This document shows positions 57,501 to 64,000 of a stretch of 64,000 bases of DNA, in pieces. Location of the stretch: positions 1-64,000 of the forward strand of contig CM082587.2 of NCBI GenBank assembly GCA_040954595.2. The letters run 5' to 3'. The DNA comes from Balanoglossus misakiensis (lineage: Eukaryota > Animalia > Hemichordata). Made by a program: the position numbers and the translations under genes. The number at the start of each line of letters is the position of its first letter. Position 1 is the stretch's first letter. The notes beneath the pieces are model-generated. The model saw only the letters and a list, made by a program, of their open reading frames with translations. It did no database searches and was not told the DNA's origin.

Positions 57501-60500
57501 TAATGGAAATACTAGCTTTTTAAGCCCCATAGTGAATGCCGGCGGTTTTCTTATAACAAGTCTAATACATGGACTTTTTAATTGTAACTGAACACTTAAT
57601 GAATGTTAATAAGCTTACAGTTGGTTCTTCAAATTGGAGTGGAATTTGGTGCAAATATTGGTACCGCAAACACAGCTGTTAAACACACATATTCATGACG
57701 AACGATATTAACGACCATTGCCTTCGGTAAAAACGCTTCAATTAATGCATTGAAATATTTGTGGCCATTGTCCACAACACTGAATTCATCAAAGTCAAAA
57801 TGGAGTGTATTTGTATATTGGATCACAGTAGTAACATTTGAGATCTTATCAAATCAAAATATCCATCTGAATTTCCTGAAAAAGCGGCCTCATACCACTG
57901 AAGTGCGTGTGATATGTTATAGCAATTGCAACAAAATGGCGACTCACCCGTTTCGAGACCACTTTACGCTTAATTAGTTCAGTCCAAACAAGTTTGATTA
58001 GGGTGTCTACTACATAGGATAGGACAGTGTAACCACAATAACCACGTAAAGAAGTCCGGAATTTTTTTTTAACCCGGAACATATAATTTTGCTTGTATTC
58101 CCTGAACTTTCTTTGGAAACACGAGGGAAGATGTCATTATTCTTGTTTTCTATTACAGGAGTTTGGGGACCAATATGTGCTTTTAACTGGCAATACAATG
58201 CTGCTAATGTTGTGTGCAAGGAACTCGAACTTGGTGTTGTTATCGAGGTAAGTGAGCTGTTCAACTAAACGAGAACGGAGAAAAGATGCATGCCAATGAA
58301 AACTTACTAAGATGTCACCATATACAGTACGTTTAAATATTTAGGAAACTTTTTCACATCACAGAAACTATTGCAAACGACAGAAATATGACATTGGTTT
58401 CGATATCTATGTAAGAATTGCTGCTCAACGTTAACTTTAGTACTTTTTTCTATGTTAGGTGGTGACAACCAATATATTTGGAAAAAGTGATATGAAACCT
58501 TTAGCAGCGCAGTTTACCTGCAACTCACCCAACGAAGACACTATATGGAACTGTTTGAATGACGTTCCCACACCGCACATCTATGACTGTACGCAGCCAA
58601 CGCAACTGGTAAGAAAGAAATTATCATTTGTATGGCCTATGCCTTGACCCCTGACTGTCTCGGAAAATATCCGTTCCATTTCCTAATCATATGACTCGTT
58701 GTTCCCAATATGGCATGTTTTGTGTTTTATAATAACTTGTTATAATATTTCGTCTATACATAAACATATTTGGGGGTCACACAGGGCAACGTTCAAATAG
58801 CTGGCGTTCGATGCAGCGGACCAGACAGAAGCCAGATACGCAAATGCCGCCCGTTCAATGAAATAAACTGTGATTCCACCGGTGACGGAGGATTCCCTTG
58901 TTACGACGGCGTGCAATGCCACCAGTACCCATTTGGAGAATCGGGAAGGCAACTGCAGGTCGGATCATATTGTGATGACTGTCCTCCAGGGTACAATGGC
59001 GATGGTATCCATTGCGAATTAGACAGTGAGTTTGAGGTCTCCAGTTCATTAATTTATTGAAGTCAACATAGACGAGATAAAATGGGATGCCAATATTAGT
59101 TATATAATACTTTAAGAAAACAAACCTTATCTTTTTTATCATACAAAAGACATCGTATTCGAAGGCTTATGACAATTGATTATTTTAATTATAAATCGTA
59201 AATTTTCCCTACTCGTGCAATAGGCTTAATGCTCTATCAGCTCAAGACTTGAAAATTGTAGTGGTCGTGGTGAGGTAAATTTGACCCTATTGTTGTTCTA
59301 TGTATGGTCTTTTCAAAATGCCAAGAAACAATTGACAATTAAATTTGCTTTCTCCAAACCAAACTTACTTTGACTCCAAATGGACATTGTGTTATCTTTT
59401 GAATTTACTAAATGTCTTTTTACTGTAGCACATTTGAATTATACCGGCCTACCAGATATGGTGTATCCCAGAGAAAATACAACGATTTTGGATTGGCCAG
59501 CAAATAAAAAGTTGACCATATTATGCACAGTTCGGAGTCGCCTGTCAGTTGTGATTATTTGGTATAAAGATGGACTCGAGGTAAAGCCGGCTTTGGGTGT
59601 AAGGTAGGTATGGCTTCTTAGTGGTCACAACTATCAATGACCATGAAAATATGTGTAATAGAACAGGTAAATGTTGTAAAGATGCTAGAAGATATTCTCT
59701 TGCGTTTGAATATCTTTGAAATGTATCGTCTAGGGTAATGGCGGCCAAGTGAAATTCTAATCTAAGTTTTGGTATTGTTTTGAAAGACGGCATCGGTGTG
59801 AACTATCGTTCCTACAATACCTTAGGAACATAGTAGTCGATGATGTGCAGTCTATAACAAATTTCGGATATTCGTCTTTTCAATCAAATTGTAAAATATG
59901 CTACGTTCTTATGTTTCTGACAACATTTTAGCATATACCCGGGCATTCATACAGCATCGTGTTCAACGTGGCAGATCAACTAATGAATAAATGTTGGGAA
60001 AGTGTGCCGTACATTCCAAGTCATGACGTCTAATTATTTTAACACTTTAACTAGCGTTCTTGCTATATTTTACCTTCTTCAACAGAATCTTACCATCTGG
60101 GTCACTAGAATTGTTTTCACCACTGGCATCAAACTCAGGAATGTACATTTGTGTCGCTGAGAATTCAAACGGAAGATCTGCCAGGTCGTATCACCTTGTC
60201 GTTACAGGTATTACTGTCTTTCGAAATCATAAAATAGTTAAATGCGGTTGCATTGAAAGATTATATTAATCTAGACCTTCTCATGACCTGCTTGATGTAC
60301 CGTGTAAAAAGTACATTCCTTCTTTGCAGCTCAATCCCTTTTCATTGTAAGATATTTCGATATCTTTTTTGCAGAACCTATTGTTATAACATCTCCCCCT
60401 TTGGATCACATGAACGTGAACGGTTTAATTACTTTATTGTGTGGCCATAATGGATCACCGACACCATTAATATATTGGTATAAAAATGGTATGATGATAG

Positions 60501-63500
60501 ACATTGGTAAGTATTCTTATCATTCTCGATAAAATAAGAACGAGGCAATATTCTGACGGGCAATTCAAGGAACACAAATAAGTTGGCGTCGATTGGAATT
60601 CAAAACAAAATGCCACACTACAACATACATAAGCATGTTTGTGAAAGCTGACTGAGTGATATTGTGCAAAAGGCTGAATATGAATGTCGAACAGCGCAGC
60701 ACATTTGTAAACATGAGATTTGTAATTATCAATTTCATTTCATTGTATCTGCCACTTCGGTCCAAGGCACATAACATGCATATTAATGTGATTGGTCTTA
60801 TTTAAATGCTTTCCTTTTAATACACAAGATTCAAATGAAAGGCTAAGACTTTTGTCTGACGGCACTCTGCTTATTGATGGTAACCATGGCGACGATAATG
60901 GCGAATACGCCTGTGTGGTGGAGAATCATCTGATGAAAAGAACTTCAAAGGCCACTGTACGAATCCGAGGTATACTTTAATGTCAATGACATTTTCCTCA
61001 TACTACAGCAGTGGGGCACATCATCTGATATTCTCTCGCTGCTTGTTTACGAATAGAGACATAGAGTAAACGAATGTAATTGCAATCAAACACATCCATA
61101 TTCTAAAGTACGTAGGTTAAATATGCGGTATTTACTTGGCCAGTTGCAAAGACCATAGACAGCGCAGCACAGTACAGCACAGATGACAATCAACAAAACA
61201 CACAGAAGTCATTTTCTTGAAACAAGGATATAGGGTTTCCCGACAAAACGACCATCGGCGAACGAAACTAACCCTGTCATCTAAAAAGAGAGAGAAAAGA
61301 TGAAACTGTAAGATGAGACACCGTTTATTATATACGAGGATGAAAGCGTGAACGAACAGGCGACATGAAAGTGGAATATTGATCAGGTTTTTAAACTTTT
61401 TGTGTACAAAACTGTAGCTGCTCCGGTTATTGCACCAACGTATCCAAACACCCCTTTGGTTTTACGCATGAATGAGAGTTTACACATCACGTGTGAAACA
61501 TCCGGGTCACCTGTGCCTTGGCTCTACTGGAAAAAGGATGAAGACGATATCACCATATCACATATTCAGGTACGAAGCTAAACAAATATCAAACATAAAC
61601 AATATGATCTTTGTCAAAGTATAAAATATCCTCACAAAACATTTGTAAAGAACAATACATGTATAATGAACTGAATTATATGAAACTGCAGTGGCAATTT
61701 TGGATTTTTTTTTCTAATACAAACTATTTCAATTGTTTTAGAATTGCAGAATTTTTACACAAATAATCAAATAAAAAAGTGAAATGTAAATTATTTTCAG
61801 GCTATTTTCAATATCTTATTATTTTTACATGCCGGCTTCTGCTGGTTTCCCTTTAGACCGAAGGAACTCTCTCCATCAACAATCTGCAAATGAGTGATTC
61901 CGGACAATATACTTGTCACGTGGTCAATGACATTGGACGAGATGAGTGGTCTGTCGATGTTCATGTTTTAGGTGAGGAATTCTAAATGTATTGATTTAAC
62001 TGTGGGTGCGATAAGTTTATCTTTAATGCTTTGCTGTCTGCGACCAAATTAACACTTGGTATTATATATACAGATAAATATGTTAAAAGGAAGAGTTTAG
62101 ATATACTGTGTATCAGTGATCGTTTTTGATACTATTGACATAATACAAGTCAGATCATATAAAACACAAGAAACTGCAGCGTTATCTTTGTATTTAAGAA
62201 AAAAAATGGAAAATATTTTATGGTTTTATGTGAAAATTAATTATATTTCGCTTTCTGAAATATACTATTGGTAATTAGAAGTCAATTCACATATTGCAAG
62301 GACATAGTTACAGCATTTAACTTGTCTTGTTAGTCAACGTATTTAGTCCACAGGACATACTAGACTTGTTGCAAACAGCCCGAACACAACTTCTTAAAAA
62401 AAATATCATGATTGATCGGGATATTACAGTTGCTGGGTAATTATGCGTTTTTCCTTGTTTCAGTGGAACCTAAAGTAACTATATTACCACACAAGCACTT
62501 TATCAACGTGTCAATTGGCGATAACGTTACTTTGGCTTGCATCATCAATATTCATGATTTGACATCAGTAACATGGTACAAAGACACACGGATATTCAAA
62601 AGACTTGAGGTGGGCAAATATACTTTGTAAAATAAGCTTATGTTGAATAGAATAAGAGTCAAATTAAATAAAATAACGATTTGCTGATATACTTATATTC
62701 GTAATCCATTGTGTCGAATACACTGGCTTATTTAATTATTCAATGCAACATGAACTATAACTTTCCTCTATGACATTTTTTGCTCTTTTTAAGATTGTTC
62801 TCTCACTGGTCGACATTCAAGAATCAGACAGTGGCAACTACACTTGCAGAGCCACCAATCCCATCGGCAATGCGGAAGGTTCCATTATTGTCGTAGTGAA
62901 AGGCAAGTTTATCACATTTAATGCAATATTGAAAGAATCTTAAACAACCCTAAAAAGTAAGCGAAATTTTATTAATAAATTAAGTATTCAGCTGACAGAG
63001 AAGCTTGTACCAATGGTTGGCGATATTTAAACAATTTTCATTCAAGCGGTCATGTAAGTGGCTACCAAATATTTGAAAACACATGTACTATTATTTACTG
63101 CCATAGAGATAACACTTGCATTATGCATTTATGTTTCCTCAATCGACTATTGCAGGGGTAACGTGTGGATATCTTCTTTTGAGCAGTTCGTTCTCTAAAT
63201 AGCGAACACGTACAGTTGTTTCTATAGTAAAAAAAAACACAACCCTTTTCAGGCTCACAAAATGCTCGTGTTGGAGATTGATCGCAATAAAATAAATGGT
63301 GCAACTTCAATAAACCTGTTGAGATCGTTCGACTATTGTATGCAACCTAAACGAGTTTCGAATTAAACGCGACTACATGTATATCTTTCAGTTGTGCGTT
63401 AATTAAAATCTGTTTTGTTTTCAGTTCCACCGAGTTTCAATATAATGCCTGCAGAGAATATTACAGTGCTCGCCGATTTCGTGACCTCCATTTCATATCA

Positions 63501-63845
63501 AATTTACGGATTACCAACTCCAGATATAACATGGACATATGAAGGAAAACAGTTATCGGCATCTGGTATGTAAATTTTAAAGGGGACACACTCACATTCA
63601 CTCGAGTCATATTCTTTCTCTCTTTGTAATCTCCCGTTCATGCCTCCTTTCAATTCCCGAACATTTTAAATTGAATATTAACAGAAACATATGAATGATG
63701 ACATATTGATCGATTTCAGACTTCACAACAACGGATACAGGATTACATTTTAGTCCTTCTTATCCTAGCGATACTGGTGTTTACACATTAACTGCAATCA
63801 ATAGTGAGGGTGTTGTTTATAAGGATGTATTCATTGAAGTCATTG
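51469..63845 (+). CDS. Multi-exon gene, 3' incomplete: secreted or cell-surface mosaic protein, SP - furin-like repeats - SRCR - furin-like repeats - SRCR - EGF - Ig x5+
   Basis: Exons traced by hand: 51469-51529, 54431-56125, 58159-58247, 58459-58608, 58785-59025, 59429-59603, 60086-60207, 60375-60506, 60829-60969, 61418-61569, 61857-61971, 62464-62609, 62794-62902, 63425-63565, 63720-63845. Total 3595 nt, all phases compatible, no stops. The acceptor at 58785 is the weakest. Confidence 0.88.
52831..52880. repeat. (TGTTR)n pentanucleotide microsatellite in intron 1
   Basis: TTATGTTGTGTTGTGTTGTGTTATGTTATGTTATGTTGTG. Confidence 0.75.
53677..53805 (+). mobile_element. Possible degenerate non-autonomous DNA transposon end
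   Basis: GAGCATTTAGGTATTACAGCCGGGGTGGG followed by spaced GGGGTCA-like motifs, recalled as resembling MITE termini of marine invertebrates; no partner TIR found. Confidence 0.3.
54431..56125 (+). CDS. Exon 2 (1695 bp): furin-like Cys-rich repeats, complete SRCR1 (~54835-55137) and start of SRCR2
   Basis: Within the 623-aa ORF: VRLAGG..EGRLEI..WGVVCDDGW..VVCRELG..LDDVSC.G.E..I.EC..HNC..E..GIQC; repeated CxxCxxxCxxC...CxxC...CxxxCP.G.Y units; donor TTG|GTAAGT. Confidence 0.95.
58159..59025 (+). CDS. Exons 3-5: rest of SRCR2 and an EGF-like domain
   Basis: GVWGPICAFNWQYNAANVVCKELELG / FTCNSPNEDTIWNC..YDC / AGVRC, then PCYDGVQC...YCDDCPPGYNGDGIHC. Confidence 0.85.
59429..60207 (+). CDS. Exons 6-7: Ig domain 1
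   Basis: LTILCTV..IIWYKDG / ILPSGSLEL..NSGMYICVAEN. Confidence 0.88.
60375..60969 (+). CDS. Exons 8-9: Ig domain 2
   Basis: ITLLCGHNGSPTPLIYWYKNG / DGTLLI..DNGEYACVVEN. Confidence 0.88.
61418..61971 (+). CDS. Exons 10-11: Ig domain 3
   Basis: LHITCETSGSPVPWLYWKKD / GTLSINNLQMSDSGQYTCHVVN. Confidence 0.9.
62464..62902 (+). CDS. Exons 12-13: Ig domain 4
   Basis: GDNVTLAC..VTWYKD / LSLVDIQESDSGNYTCRATN; followed by a GC donor. Confidence 0.88.
63425..63845 (+). CDS. Exons 14-15: Ig domain 5 (cysteine-less)
   Basis: VPPSF..SISYQIYGLPTPDITW / LHF..SDTGVYTLTAIN; donor TTG|GTAAGT, so the gene continues past the window. Confidence 0.85.
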
Positions 63846-64000
63846 GTAAGTGTCTGTTGGTCTCAATTTTCTAATAATTGCACAACAAATGCGACATAAT
63901 TACAACTGAGACAAACAGGCTGACCAGGTGGGCGACTGAGTGTGTGATTTCAAACTGATTATACCCGTCCGTCACACACGTAAGCCATCGAAAGAATCAC

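Overview
This is the left end of an animal chromosome, probably a marine invertebrate (inferred from TTAGGG telomeres, AT-rich unique DNA and an SRCR/furin-like/Ig mosaic gene). From the end inward: (CCCTAA)n telomere (1-~780); ~11.5 kb of an almost invariant 70-bp telomere-derived satellite; ~25 kb of CpG-rich satellites (a 52-mer and a related 46/32-mer, interleaved in higher-order cassettes, nearly every unit keeping an ETS-type GGAA core); a 21-bp repeat; a G4-capable 46-bp repeat; a short inverted TTAGGG tract; a ~283-bp AT-rich satellite set in a duplicated flank with a microsatellite-containing inverted repeat; LINE fragments; and the first real gene. That gene (+ strand, 51469 to beyond the window) has 15 manually traced, phase-consistent exons (~1198 aa): signal peptide, furin-like Cys-rich repeats, 2 SRCR, an EGF-like domain and at least 5 Ig domains. 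The long ORFs at 18-38 kb and 46-47.6 kb are repeat artefacts. Copy numbers are length/period estimates and all alignments were done by eye.
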